DNA of 64,000 nucleotides, taken from the NCBI GenBank assembly GCA_963794325.1, contig CAWCDG010000004.1, forward strand, positions 640,001-704,000. Reading direction: 5' to 3'. Numbering within the stretch: the stretch's first letter is position 1; each line of letters begins with the position of its first letter. The position numbers and the translations under genes were made by a program. Under the pieces are notes generated by a model. It was not told the origin of the DNA. It searched no databases and saw nothing but the letters and a program-made list of their open reading frames with translations. The DNA is from an uncultured delta proteobacterium (lineage in GTDB: Bacteria > Desulfobacterota > Binatia > Binatales > Binataceae). Below are positions 49,664-61,010 of the stretch, piece by piece.

Positions 49664-52600
49664 ATGATTCGTCTTCAGTACTCAAATCGACTCGAAAATC
49701 TGATCGCGCCGCTGGCCGAGGCGGTCGCGGCGCATCAGAGACGCGACCCGCTGGAGCGAGTGTCGATCGTCGTGCCCAACCGCGTGGTCGAACAATTCGT
49801 TCGCTACCGGCTGGCTGAATCGATCGGCATCGCGGCCAATCTGAGATTCCCGTTCCTGCGCAGCTACCTGGGCGAGCTTCTCCAATCGACTGACAAGAAC
49901 CTTGAGATACTGGAGGCCGACGAGCTGCAACTTGTCCTCTTCGAGTGCCTGCGCAGCACGAACTATCGCGACGATCACGGATTGAAACCCGCGCGCGACT
50001 ACATCCTCGGGGGATCCAAGACTGACGCCGACGTCGAGCTTAGAACGCTCCTGCTGGCCGCGCAGTTGGCGCGACTGTTTCGCGAATACTCGATTTCGCG
50101 GCGGCGCATGATCGTTAAGTGGCGCGCTGCACGGCGATCAGACATTGATGCGATGGGCGAGACCGAGCGATGGCAGCGGCATTTGTGGCAACTGGTCTTC
50201 GATTCGCACGGCCGGGTGCGCGAGGAGTGGCTGCACCATCGCGACACTCGGCTGATGATGCTGCCCGACGCATTCGAGGCGACCGAGGACCAGCAACTCA
50301 AGGCCGTGGTGCCCGACACTCTTCACGTGTTCAGTTCGTCGTATGCGGGAAATGCTTACGCCGATATCTTTGCGAGACTCGGAGCGTTCGGCGACGTTCG
50401 GATCTACGCGCTCAATCCGTGCCGCGAGTTTTGGGAAGACGTCGACACCTCGCGTCGTGGCGCTCTTGCCGGATGGGTTCATCAGCATGACAAGCTCGGC
50501 GAGAAAATCAGCGAATCCGAAGACCCGTTCTCACTCAATGAGTCATCCGACTCGCCAGCTCTGCGGCTCTGGGGGCGGCCGGGCCGTGAATACATCCGGT
50601 TGCTGAATGAAGTGTCGCAGTGCGATTTCGCGCCACTCTTTTCCGATCCGGTATCCGGCGAAACTGCGTCGGTGCTGGAAAAGCTTCAGCAGAACATCCT
50701 CGATCGCGCGCCGCAGCCTGCGAATATCGAAGATCGCAAAGGCGGACCATCGGAACCGCGAATCAGTTTTCTCGCCTGCCCGGGGATTCGGCGCGAAGCC
50801 GAGATCGTCGCGAACGAAATCTGGTCGCTCATTCGCAGCAACGAAACCCTTGCCGTCGAGGGCAAAGCCGAGCGTCTTCGCTTTCACGAAATCGCCGTGC
50901 TGATTCCCGATTCGTCGGTTGACGACTACGTGGCGCAAATCGACAGCGTCTTTCGAAAGCAGCACCAGATTCCGATCGATCTCGTCAGTCGAAGCGCCGC
51001 GGGCGCGAGTCGCGTCGCCGAAGCCGTCGACCTGCTTCTCCAAATTCCGAGCGGCCGCTTCTCGCGCACGGAAATGATCCGGCTGCTGACCCATCCCGCG
51101 TTGAACGACGAAAGTGGAAGTGGAGTCGACATCGAGAAGTGGCGGCGTTGGAGCGAGACGCTCGGGATTTTCTTCGGCGCCGACGACTACGATCTGAAAG
51201 ATACCTACATTCCGCGCGGCCTCTACCACTGGGATCAAGCGATCAAACGCCTCGCGCTCGGCACCATGATGACAGGTCAGCGTGGCGGAAATCCCGCATT
51301 TTATGCGGCCGAAGCCACGGGACTCAGCTACCTTCCGGGAAAAGTCGCGCAGGATGAACTCGAGACGGCTGCGCGATTCATCCGCCTGGCGCGATCTCTG
51401 ATCGCCGACGCGATCTCAATCCGCGATGCGCGATTGACGCCTCGTGAATGGTCGCTGATGCTTGGCGAGTTCGTCAACGCGTACATTCGGCCTGACGGCG
51501 CGGTTGATGAGCAGGTCAGGGACCGGTTCCTCGAGGCGATCGAGTCGATCGGAGAATCGAACCTGAGCATCGGCGCGATGTCGTACGAGTCGGCGCGCGA
51601 AGTGATCGCGGCGCGAGTGATCGATCTCGATTCGCGTCGCGGACAATATTCGGGGCGTGGCGTTGCGATCGGATCGTTCAGCTCGCTGCGATCGATCCCA
51701 TTCAAAGTGATTTTTGCGCTGGGGTTGAATGAGGCCGTTTTTCCGGAACGCGAGCATAGAGAGCCGCTTGATTTGCGGACGCTCAAGCGCACGGCAGGCG
51801 ACGTTTCTCCCGCGGAGCGCGACCGTTACCTGTTCCTTGAGACGATCCTCGCCGCGCGCGAGCGGATTTTTTTCTCCTACGTTGCCCGCAACGCGAAGAC
51901 CGGCGACGAGCTGGAACCTTCGCCAGTCATTCGCGAGCTGCAGTCAATTCTGCGCGGATTCATCGATGAGAAGACGCTCGCGAAGCTAACATTGAAGCAT
52001 CCGATCAGCCGCTACGACTTGAAGTATTTTCCGGAATTCAGCGAAGCAGGATTATCAGACTGTCAGCCTGAAATCGCGAGCTTCGATCCCGACGCGCGGC
52101 GCGGTGCCCGGATGCTCGCCTTTCGAAAGAAGATCGAGGAGGTCGCGCCGCATTCGACGAGGCGCGAGGGCGAGAGACTGATCGATAGTTTTGGCCCTGA
52201 GCTGCTCGAACGCGTCAAAGAGGATCTCCAGTTTCCGAAATTCGAATCGCAGGCTGCCGCGACGAACGCGGGGCGCGTGGAAGAGATCGCGCTGCCAATC
52301 GCCGCGATTCGAAGATATCTCGAATGTCCTCTGCAGGGGGCGGCGCGCTATTCGCTCGGGATGCTCGAGGACGAAGATGCGCCGGAGGACGCGCAGGACG
52401 AGCCGATCGAGCAGTCGCGCCTCAATCGTGTGGTCATGCTGCGCAACGTTTTCTGGGGTGCCGCCGGCCAGCTCGACGCGATCGAGGAAGCGTATGCGCG
52501 CGAGGTCCGGATCGCACAGGCTCGCGGCCACGCGTCGGCCGGCCAGTTCGCGGAGGCCGCAAAAGCTGGCGACGATTCAGCTCTTCGACAATGGACCTCG

Positions 52601-53275
52601 CAGGCTTTGAAAGCGGGCGTGAACGATTTCGAAGGATGGAAAGACATTCGGATCGGGCGCGCCGATGAATTTGCCGACGCCGCCGAAATTCTCGATCCGA
52701 TCACCCTGAACGCGGAAGTGCGCCGTCACGACGGCACGAATGTGACGCATCGCGTGAGCCTCTACGGCACGATTCGCGGCGTTTCGCCTGATGCGGGCGC
52801 CGCGATCAATTGCGTGCTGCGCAAATCGGTAAAGTCGAAGGACTTTCTTCCGGCATTCATCAATGCGATTGCGCTCGCTGCCGCCGGAGTGCAAATGCCG
52901 AAAACATTCCGCGCGATCGTACTCCGCTCGAATCCCGAACAAAAAGCGGACTGGATTCGCGCGTTCGAAACCATGGATCGCGAATCTGCGCTCGGCTACC
53001 TCACCGAAGTCGTCAGCGATCTACTGTCAACCGGCAATGACTATTTCCTACCCTTCGAAGCCGTCGAGGAAGTCGTAGAGGTATTGGACAACGAAAAAAA
53101 AGTTCACGACCTGGTCGATACGGTCGAGCAGGTTCTGCTGGTTGACGCCGTGAAGTGCAGCTCCGATTACGGCCCGGTGCGTAATCCCAGAGACTTCGAC
53201 CCACCCGATGAACAAACGATCGCGCAGATCGTCGCGCGCCGCTTCGATCCGATTCGCGGGATCTTCGAGAAATGA
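49664..53275 (+). CDS. recC: Exodeoxyribonuclease V gamma subunit
   Basis: YSNRLE.L, IVVPN, GIAANLRFP, NPCREFW.D, LWGRPGR, RSIPFKVIFALGLNE..FP, DRYLFLETILAARE. Confidence 0.92.
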   Translation: MIRLQYSNRLENLIAPLAEAVAAHQRRDPLERVSIVVPNRVVEQFVRYRLAESIGIAANLRFPFLRSYLGELLQSTDKNLEILEADELQLVLFECLRSTNYRDDHGLKPARDYILGGSKTDADVELRTLLLAAQLARLFREYSISRRRMIVKWRAARRSDIDAMGETERWQRHLWQLVFDSHGRVREEWLHHRDTRLMMLPDAFEATEDQQLKAVVPDTLHVFSSSYAGNAYADIFARLGAFGDVRIYALNPCREFWEDVDTSRRGALAGWVHQHDKLGEKISESEDPFSLNESSDSPALRLWGRPGREYIRLLNEVSQCDFAPLFSDPVSGETASVLEKLQQNILDRAPQPANIEDRKGGPSEPRISFLACPGIRREAEIVANEIWSLIRSNETLAVEGKAERLRFHEIAVLIPDSSVDDYVAQIDSVFRKQHQIPIDLVSRSAAGASRVAEAVDLLLQIPSGRFSRTEMIRLLTHPALNDESGSGVDIEKWRRWSETLGIFFGADDYDLKDTYIPRGLYHWDQAIKRLALGTMMTGQRGGNPAFYAAEATGLSYLPGKVAQDELETAARFIRLARSLIADAISIRDARLTPREWSLMLGEFVNAYIRPDGAVDEQVRDRFLEAIESIGESNLSIGAMSYESAREVIAARVIDLDSRRGQYSGRGVAIGSFSSLRSIPFKVIFALGLNEAVFPEREHREPLDLRTLKRTAGDVSPAERDRYLFLETILAARERIFFSYVARNAKTGDELEPSPVIRELQSILRGFIDEKTLAKLTLKHPISRYDLKYFPEFSEAGLSDCQPEIASFDPDARRGARMLAFRKKIEEVAPHSTRREGERLIDSFGPELLERVKEDLQFPKFESQAAATNAGRVEEIALPIAAIRRYLECPLQGAARYSLGMLEDEDAPEDAQDEPIEQSRLNRVVMLRNVFWGAAGQLDAIEEAYAREVRIAQARGHASAGQFAEAAKAGDDSALRQWTSQALKAGVNDFEGWKDIRIGRADEFADAAEILDPITLNAEVRRHDGTNVTHRVSLYGTIRGVSPDAGAAINCVLRKSVKSKDFLPAFINAIALAAAGVQMPKTFRAIVLRSNPEQKADWIRAFETMDRESALGYLTEVVSDLLSTGNDYFLPFEAVEEVVEVLDNEKKVHDLVDTVEQVLLVDAVKCSSDYGPVRNPRDFDPPDEQTIAQIVARRFDPIRGIFEK

Positions 53276-56200
53276 GCGCACAGGAATCGAACTTCGAGTA
53301 TTACCGCCCGTCGATTCTCGACGAGATTCTCGAGGGCGGACATAAGGTAATCGACGCCAGCGCGGGCACCGGCAAGACCTTCACCATCGAGCGCATCGTG
53401 GTGGAACTACTGCTTACCGGCGCCGCGAAAATCGATCAGATCCTCGTCGTTACGTTCACCGAAAAGGCCACGGCTGAGCTGCGCGCGCGAATCCGGGCGG
53501 CGATCGAACACGTCATGTCCGGCAGGAGCGCCGGGGACGCGCGCGCGTCGGGGCGCCGGAGCCTCGGCGACGAGGAGCGCGAGAGACTCAAGTCCGCGTT
53601 GTTCTCATTTCATCATTCGCCGATTCATACGATTCATAGTTTCTGCCATAGGATGCTGACGGAGCTCGCTTTCGACAGCGGCGTCCGTTTCGGGCTTGAC
53701 CTGGCGAGTGGACGTCGCGAGTTCCACGAAAGTCTGCGAGCGGAATTGCGCGAACGGTTGAAGTCGGACGCTCGCGTCGCGCGCCTTGTGCGCGAATGGC
53801 TTTCCGACGAGAAGCGCGATTCGGATGGACTCGAGGATCTGCTGTGGCGGGCTCACTCCCAGCGCTACCTGCGAACGACCGAGCACGAACGAAATCTGAA
53901 GGCGTTAGATGATCTCGTGATTGCGTTCGATGCAGTCGCGTTGGTGAATGCCTTTCGCATCGCGGCCATTAAAGATGATGCGCGCGACGATGCGATCAGT
54001 GCGACGGGGGAACTCGAGACGATCGTAAACCGTGCCGGACGATCGACCGCTGGTCTGGTCGATGGTCTGATCGATTTCGATTTTGATCGCATCTGCAGGC
54101 CAACGAAAACGTCGAGGCGGACCGGCAAATTCCCTGACGACATGCCGGACAAGGTGCGCGCGATCATCGATGCGGCAAAGCGGGTTCAAGCAGCAATTGC
54201 GATCGAGCAGAGGGCGGTGGACGAATTGCTGCCAGACGTCGTCAATCGGATGGACGCGCGGAAACGCGAGCAGGGGACGCTCGACTACGAGGACATGCTG
54301 GCGTGGCTGGCGGACGCGCTCGACGGTGCGCGCGGCAAGTCGCTCGCGGCCACGCTGCGCGAACGCTACCGCGTGACTTTGATCGACGAATTCCAGGACA
54401 CCGACGAACTGCAGTGGAAAATTTTTCGCCGCGTGTTCGTCGAAGGCGGCGGCGGCAACGTCGTCTTCGTAATCGGAGATCCCAAGCAGGCGATTTACGG
54501 ATTCCGCGGCGCCGACGTGCACGCATATCTTGAAGCGCGTTTGCAGCTTTCCGGATTCGGGTGCGGCGACGGTCAACTTGCGCCAAAATTTCCGATCGAC
54601 CGCCGACATGATCGAAGCATGCAACCTGATCTTCGAGCAGAACGCCGGCGAGCCGTTGTTCACCGGCGAAATAAAGTACGATCCTCCTGCGGAATGCGGG
54701 CGTCCTGCTCTCAGAGCCATCGCGGCGAATGGGAATGGCATTCAGATCGCGCCGGTGGCACTAATCAAGTTCGAGCCGCGTGATGAAAGACATAAATTTT
54801 CGCGCCGGATGCGTGAAGCGGTCGGGCTCGGAATCGCAAACGCGATTCGACGAATTATCAAGGAACCGGACCACGCAATCGAAATCAGCGACGAGGGGCA
54901 GGCGCCGCGCAAAGTCACGGCGCGTGATGTTTACGTCCTTACGCGGACCAATCGCGACAGCGTCGAAATCGCAAAATACCTGGGTCAGGTCGGAGTGCCG
55001 TTTGCCTTCCACAAGCAGGACGGGTTGTTTCAGACTCGCGAAGCCGCTTACGTTCTCGACGTGCTCAGGGGGATCGAGGAGCCTGGCCGGCGCTCGAACC
55101 GTCTGAAGGCGTGGGCTTCGCCGTTCTTCGCCGTCGAGTATGCCGACCTCGCGCGGCTTGAAGACGATCACACGGCGCAGCCGATGGTTGACCGATTGTT
55201 CGAATGGCGCGCGCTCGCCGAGGCCGGGCATTTTGCCGATTTGTTCGATGCGCTGCTGCATCAGAGCGGATTGGCAGAACGCCAATTACTGTTGTCGGAG
55301 CGCGGCCGCCAGCTGACTAACTTCGAACACATTTTCGAGATTCTGACTCTCGATGCGTCGCGTCGCGGAGTCTCGCTCGCGGAAATAATCGAGAAGCTCG
55401 ACGACTACATTGCGGAGCGTGCGACGCCTTCGGGCGACGATCCGAATATTCAGCGTATCGAAAATGATCGGGACGCCGTGCAAATCATGACGATTCACAA
55501 GAGCAAGGGCCTCGAAGCTGACGTCGTCGCGCTGTTCGGCGGATTTTTTGCGAACAACATGCCTGAGCCGGTGCGCGTTTTTCATTCGGGAAACGAGCGC
55601 CGACTCGCAATCGGCAAGCCAGCGCAGTCTTTGGCGGACGGGCAGATCAGAACAGAACGCGCGGAGGAGGATCAACGCTTGCTCTACGTCGCGCTGACCC
55701 GCGCGCGCGCTAAATTGATACTGCCCTGCGTCCCCAGCGGCGCACTGAATCGTAATCGTGACCTGAGTGGATTCTACAAACCGTTGAACGAACGACTGCG
55801 CACTCTAGAGCAAAAAAGTCGATTCGAGCGACGCTATTCGTAACTGAGATCGCAAATTCGCCGTTTACGGATTCGGAAAATGAAGAAGGGCCGATCGTAC
55901 CAGCGCCTGACGAGAATGCGTTGCACGACTGGCTCGAATCGACGTCGCGGCCCATCGTGCGCGAAGCAGAATTCACTGATCTGGGCGCAAAGCATCGAGG
56001 CTTGATCGTCGAATCTTACACCTCGCTGCAGGCGGCCGAGCCCGACGATTTCAAAAGCAGCGTCGATGCGATCGATGCGCGCGGCAACAACCTCGATTTG
56101 CCGGGCGGGCGTCGCGTCGGAATTTTCCTGCATGAGGCCATCGAGAAGCTTGATTTCGACTCCTTTGGCGACGCACCCGATCTGCAATCGTGGATGGCGC

Positions 56201-56811
56201 GCGACGACGTGCGCGAGCTGTTCGCGAAGGCGATGCGCCGTCATGGTGTGGTTGATCTACGATGGCTCGACCGGGGCCGCGAAATCGTCTTCAACACTCT
56301 CACCTCGAGAGTCGCACTCGCGGAAACCATGCTCGACGGCGGACTCTACCGGCTCGCCGGAGTCCGCGAGATGGAGTTCGCGTATCCGATTCCCGAAAGA
56401 CATCACACGTTGCTGGGCAACGGTCCGGATGGCTCGTGGAGGGTTGAGCGCGGCTATATCAAGGGGTTTATCGACTTCGTATTCCGACGCAGCAAACTGA
56501 TGTATTTCGCCGATTGGAAGGGCGACCTCTTACCATCATATGAGCCAGCCGCGGTCGCGAGGCACGTCCAAAGCCACTACAGATTACAGGCTCGAATATA
56601 CTCAGTCGGTGTCGTCCGCCTGCTCGCTATTCACAACGAGCGCGACTACGACTCGAAGTTTGGCGGCCTTCTCTATGTATTTCTTCGAGGCATTTCGCGA
56701 ACTGGAGACGGCAAGACTGGATTCTACTTCGAGCGGCCGTCGTGGAATGAAATAGTCAGTTATGAATCTGTACTGATGAATCATGATACTGAGTCCGAGC
56801 TACTGACATGA
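53272..56811 (+). CDS. recB: Exodeoxyribonuclease V beta subunit (two frameshifts, near 54555 and 55835)
   Basis: ASAGTGKT, TFTEKAT.EL, TIHSFC, IDEFQDT, GDPKQAIY.FRGAD, NFRS, MTIHKSKGLE, LLYVALTRA, nuclease GFID..DWK; spread over three ORFs. Confidence 0.9.
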
Positions 56812-58856
56812 ACGACAGATACTCACTACTCGGAATGAATACTGCCTGGCGACGCTTTGAATCAGCTCGTGGCGGCGGTCGTTCCTCTTTCGACGCTCGC
56901 ATTCGTGCGCTCGAGGGCGCGGTCGCCGCGCTCAATCTTGTACCTGAGACTGTCCACCTGGCGGCTGAGCTAGCGGCCCTTGAACCGGCTCTGGAAGCCG
57001 ACGATCGAATCTCGCTTATCGTACTTATCCTCGTTTCTTTGGCCGCGCTCCAGGAAGGGAGCACCCGTTTCCCGGTGACTGGGCCACTCTCCGAGGCTCC
57101 AATGCGGCGCGTTCTGAGCGCCTTGTGTGCGGAAGGTTTCGCCGACGCCGGCATCGACAAGATAGTCAGTTCGATCACAGTGCTTCTCGAATCGAACCGT
57201 GCACCGTCCGTCGTCGGTCGAAATGAAGGTGAATACAAGCCGCTACTACATATTGCGCCGTACATAGTGCATCAGAGTATCTATAACTGCGAGCGCGAAC
57301 TGGCTATTAGACTGGCCGCGTTACTCAATGCTCGTCCAGAAGAGCAACCGAACGCAGAGCAACTCGTCCGCGCGGTTCAAGATGTGATTGCTCGTCCCGT
57401 GATTGTGCAGGGCAAGCGAATCATGATGTCCGATGAACAGTGCAGCGTAGTTAGCGCTTCAGCGCGCGCCGGACTGACCGTTATTTCGGGAGGTCCGGGC
57501 ACTGGCAAGACATCGATCATCGTCGCAATCATGCGGCTGATGGTGCGCCTTGGCGTCGATCCTTCGAAGATCGCGCTGGCGGCCCCAACCGGGAAAGCGG
57601 CGTATCGGATGGGCGAGTGCGTGAGTGAGTCGCTGAATCGAATCGAGGAGCGCGACGATGTGGACCGGGCGCTCCTCGATGCGCATCTCGAGCCGTCGAC
57701 GATTCACCGCTTGCTCGGTTACTCGCCCGATTCTGGCCGCTTCCGGCATCATCGAAACAACCCGCTCCCGGCGAAGTTGGTTATCGTCGATGAAGGGTCG
57801 ATGCTCGACGTCACCTTGATGGAAAGGCTGACGAACGCGATTGCGCCGGGAGCGCGCTTGATACTGCTCGGCGACGCGAATCAATTGCCGTCGGTTGCCG
57901 CGGGCTCCGTGTTCCGCGACCTGGTTCCATCGGCCGGAAATGGCATCGGTCTCCTCGCTGAGGCCTCGATGCGGCTCGTGGTGAATCACCGGATGAACAG
58001 CGACGATGCGGGTCGATCGATCCTGCTCGCGGCGCAATCGATTAACGACGGCGATTCCAATCTGCTGAGCTTGGTTGACGAAGCGAATGCTCCGATTGTT
58101 GTGCGGCGATCATCGACGGAAGAGATGGCATTCGCCGGTGTTGAATTTCTTGCGGCGGATCCGTGCACGCTCGGTCCGTTTCTGGATCGCTGGTATGCGG
58201 ATCGAGTGCTAGGCGGAAAGAAAATTGCGGAACTGATTAAGCATGAATACATCGAGCGCGACGGGCATTTCGATGAGGCCGACTGCGAGCGTTTGCGCGT
58301 CCTGTTCGCGCACGTCGCCAAATCGCGCATCCTGTGCGTGACGCGTGTGTTCGAAACCGGCGCCGATCGGATAAACGCACGGCTTCATTCAAGAGCCGCC
58401 GAAACTGCGGGCGTCAATGCGGAGCGCGTTCCGTTCGTCGTTGGCGAGCCGTTGATCGTGCTCCGCAATGATTACGAGCGCGGACTCTTCAACGGCGACA
58501 ATGGAATCATGCTGTGGATCCGGCGCGGCAACGGCGCGCAGGTCCGAATGGCGGTATTCCCGCGAGGCGACAAGTTCGTCGCGTTTCGGTTCGCGGCGCT
58601 GCGCGAATTCATCGAGCTCAGCTACGCGATGACAGTGCACAAGGCGCAGGGCTCCGAGTTCGATTCGATCGCGATCGTTCTGCCGGAGAAACCGGTGGCA
58701 ATGTTGACCCGCGAACTGATCTATACGGCAGTCAGCCGAAGCAGGACGTCGGTCGTGATCGTCGGCGACGAGTCGGTGCTCAGCAATGCCATCGACACTC
58801 GCGTGGAACGGTTCTCCGGGCTCGCGGATCGGCTGAAACTCGAGCTCGCCAGCTAA
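56808..58856 (+). CDS. recD: Exodeoxyribonuclease V alpha subunit
   Basis: GGPGTGKT, APTGKAA, TIHRLLG, VDEGSM, GDANQLPSV, LFNGDNG, TVHKAQGSEF, YTAVSR. Confidence 0.94.
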   Translation: MNDRYSLLGMNTAWRRFESARGGGRSSFDARIRALEGAVAALNLVPETVHLAAELAALEPALEADDRISLIVLILVSLAALQEGSTRFPVTGPLSEAPMRRVLSALCAEGFADAGIDKIVSSITVLLESNRAPSVVGRNEGEYKPLLHIAPYIVHQSIYNCERELAIRLAALLNARPEEQPNAEQLVRAVQDVIARPVIVQGKRIMMSDEQCSVVSASARAGLTVISGGPGTGKTSIIVAIMRLMVRLGVDPSKIALAAPTGKAAYRMGECVSESLNRIEERDDVDRALLDAHLEPSTIHRLLGYSPDSGRFRHHRNNPLPAKLVIVDEGSMLDVTLMERLTNAIAPGARLILLGDANQLPSVAAGSVFRDLVPSAGNGIGLLAEASMRLVVNHRMNSDDAGRSILLAAQSINDGDSNLLSLVDEANAPIVVRRSSTEEMAFAGVEFLAADPCTLGPFLDRWYADRVLGGKKIAELIKHEYIERDGHFDEADCERLRVLFAHVAKSRILCVTRVFETGADRINARLHSRAAETAGVNAERVPFVVGEPLIVLRNDYERGLFNGDNGIMLWIRRGNGAQVRMAVFPRGDKFVAFRFAALREFIELSYAMTVHKAQGSEFDSIAIVLPEKPVAMLTRELIYTAVSRSRTSVVIVGDESVLSNAIDTRVERFSGLADRLKLELAS

Positions 58857-59578
58857 CTCTTTGGCGTGTGCGAGAGCAGGAATTCGCGCACGCGCTTCAC
58901 CGTCGCGCCGATCACTTCAGGCGATTTCCAGTTCTCGAACAGTTCGGCGTTCGGTGCGAGCGCGGCGATCTCCTTCGAGGTTTCCGTCGGATGATAGTCG
59001 TCGTTGCCGCACAGAATCAGCAGGGGCGTTTTGCATAAGCGTACGAAGTCTCGCGAAACGTTGAAGACGAAATCTGTGCCGTACATCCGGTCGCGAAACT
59101 GCCGCAGCGCCGCGTCATCGAGACCGCGCTTCACCTTGAACCCGTCCGCCCAGGTATCGAACATATTGTAAAACATCTCGCGGTTGCGCGGACTAAGGCC
59201 GATCGGATTTTGTAAAACCGCGGCGCTGACTCGCTGGGGGTCAGCCTTGATCAATCCGAGGCTGTAAGACCCTCCGATGCATGCGCCCATCAGATGGCAT
59301 CGCTTGATCCCGAGATGATCGAGCAGCGCGATATGATCGGCAGTATAAGTTTCCCAACCATCGTTAGCGGTGATCGGTCCGGACGACTTGCCGGCGTTGC
59401 GTTGGTCCATCGCGATCACACGGAAGTTGGCGGCTAGTTCTTTGGTTGGATCAAATGGGCTATGAGCCCAGAACTCAATACTCGAACGCATCCCGCCGGG
59501 TGCAAATAGTAAAATGGGATAGCCAGTTCCGTATTCCTCGTAGTAAATCGAAACGTCGTCGCGCTGGAATGTTGGCAT
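58853..59578 (-). CDS. Alpha/beta hydrolase
   Basis: IYYEEYG.G.P, MDQRNAGKS, G-A-C-I-G-G nucleophile elbow with Cys, GNDDYHP. Confidence 0.85.
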   Translation of the reverse strand: MPTFQRDDVSIYYEEYGTGYPILLFAPGGMRSSIEFWAHSPFDPTKELAANFRVIAMDQRNAGKSSGPITANDGWETYTADHIALLDHLGIKRCHLMGACIGGSYSLGLIKADPQRVSAAVLQNPIGLSPRNREMFYNMFDTWADGFKVKRGLDDAALRQFRDRMYGTDFVFNVSRDFVRLCKTPLLILCGNDDYHPTETSKEIAALAPNAELFENWKSPEVIGATVKRVREFLLSHTPKS

Positions 59579-59588
59579 TTCAGGCTCC

Positions 59589-60995
59589 TTATTCTTCCAA
59601 TTCTGATGGACGCAGATGCTTCCACGGCCGGGCGGCTTCGAACGCCGCCGCCAGTGCGAGCAGATCGAACTCACCGTTGGGTCGTCCGACAATCTGAAGT
59701 CCAATAGGCAGTCCTGCGCGGGTGAATCCCGCGGGAATAGTCAGTGCAGGTTGGCCGGTGGCGTTGAACGGATACTCAAATGCTATCCAAGTCCATAACT
59801 CAGTCAGATAGCTATTAGGTTTTGAGGGGAAGCTCCCGTTTCTCATTGCAGGCTGGGTCATCGTCGGCGTTAGCAACGCGTCGTAAGGGTCGAGACGCTC
59901 GACGATCGAGCGCGCGATATTGTGCATGGTAGCGATCAGGTTCACGTAGTCGGCGCCGCTCACTTTGCGGCCGAGTTCGTACATCTCACGGACGACCGGC
60001 TCGATCAAATCGGGACTCGTGACGGGTATCGCAGCGATTCCAACGCAAATCAGGATTCGGGTGCACTCGACTAACATCGCGCCGGGATCAAGATCAATCG
60101 GTTCGACTCGATGCCCCAGCGCGCGCATCGCCGCGCACGACGACTCGAACGCCGCCGCGACTTCCGGATCGACCTCGCCAAGTTTCGAGGTTGCGATCGA
60201 GGCGAGTCTCAGATTCTTAGGGATGACCTGTACGGCTTCTTCGAAGGGACGCGACGGCGGCGGCGCCCAGTACGGATCGCCGGTGACGGGACCGGCGATT
60301 GCGTCGAGCATCATCGCGACGTCGCGCACCGACCGCGCGATTGGGCCGCGGGTTGCGTAGCCGCCCCACGCTTCTCCCCTATGCGGGGCATAGGTTATTC
60401 GTCCTCTCGACGGCTTGAGCCCCACCACGCCGCAGTTCGACGCGGGACCGCGAATCGATCCGCCGCCGTCGCTGCCCTCCGCCAACGGGCCGAGTCCCGC
60501 GGCTACGGCAGCAGCGGCGCCGCCGCTGGAGCCGCCGGCGTTGTACTCGCGATTCCATGGGTTGTGCGCAGTCGGGCACAGGCCGCCTTCCGTCGTGGGT
60601 CGTCCGCCGAACTCCGGCGTCGAGGTTTTGCCGAGCAGAATTCCGCCGGCCTTATTCAGGCGCTGAGCGATCACCGCGTCCTGCTCGGGAAACGATTCGG
60701 CGTAGTTGCGCGATCCGAGCGTGGTGCGAATTCCGGCAGTCGGGGTGAGATCCTTGAGTGAGTACGCGACGCCGTATAAGCGCATCGACGCCGCACTGGC
60801 GCGCGACGCCTCCAGACGCGCAGCATCGGCGAGCGCGCGGTCCGCGGTGACCGTCATGTACGCCCCCAGCCCAGGATTAATGCGTTCGATTCGGGCGAGG
60901 TAAGACTCCGCGACTTCGCGGGGTCGGAGTTCACCCTTCATTACCAAGTCGCGAAGTTGCCAGGCTTCAATGAAGGGGTCGAACACAGTAGTCAC
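59589..60995 (-). CDS. Amidase signature family protein
   Basis: LKDL, GKTSTPEFG, GGSSGG, GSDGGGSIRGPA, GLPIGLQ. Confidence 0.93.
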   Translation of the reverse strand: MTTVFDPFIEAWQLRDLVMKGELRPREVAESYLARIERINPGLGAYMTVTADRALADAARLEASRASAASMRLYGVAYSLKDLTPTAGIRTTLGSRNYAESFPEQDAVIAQRLNKAGGILLGKTSTPEFGGRPTTEGGLCPTAHNPWNREYNAGGSSGGAAAAVAAGLGPLAEGSDGGGSIRGPASNCGVVGLKPSRGRITYAPHRGEAWGGYATRGPIARSVRDVAMMLDAIAGPVTGDPYWAPPPSRPFEEAVQVIPKNLRLASIATSKLGEVDPEVAAAFESSCAAMRALGHRVEPIDLDPGAMLVECTRILICVGIAAIPVTSPDLIEPVVREMYELGRKVSGADYVNLIATMHNIARSIVERLDPYDALLTPTMTQPAMRNGSFPSKPNSYLTELWTWIAFEYPFNATGQPALTIPAGFTRAGLPIGLQIVGRPNGEFDLLALAAAFEAARPWKHLRPSELEE

Positions 60996-61010
60996 TCGAA
61001 TAGCTATTAG

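Noticed and set aside
53272-56811. Naturally split RecB with a separate nuclease gene
   Set aside because: The first break falls inside the helicase domain and the second has no clear RBS or start; both fit the window-wide indel pattern
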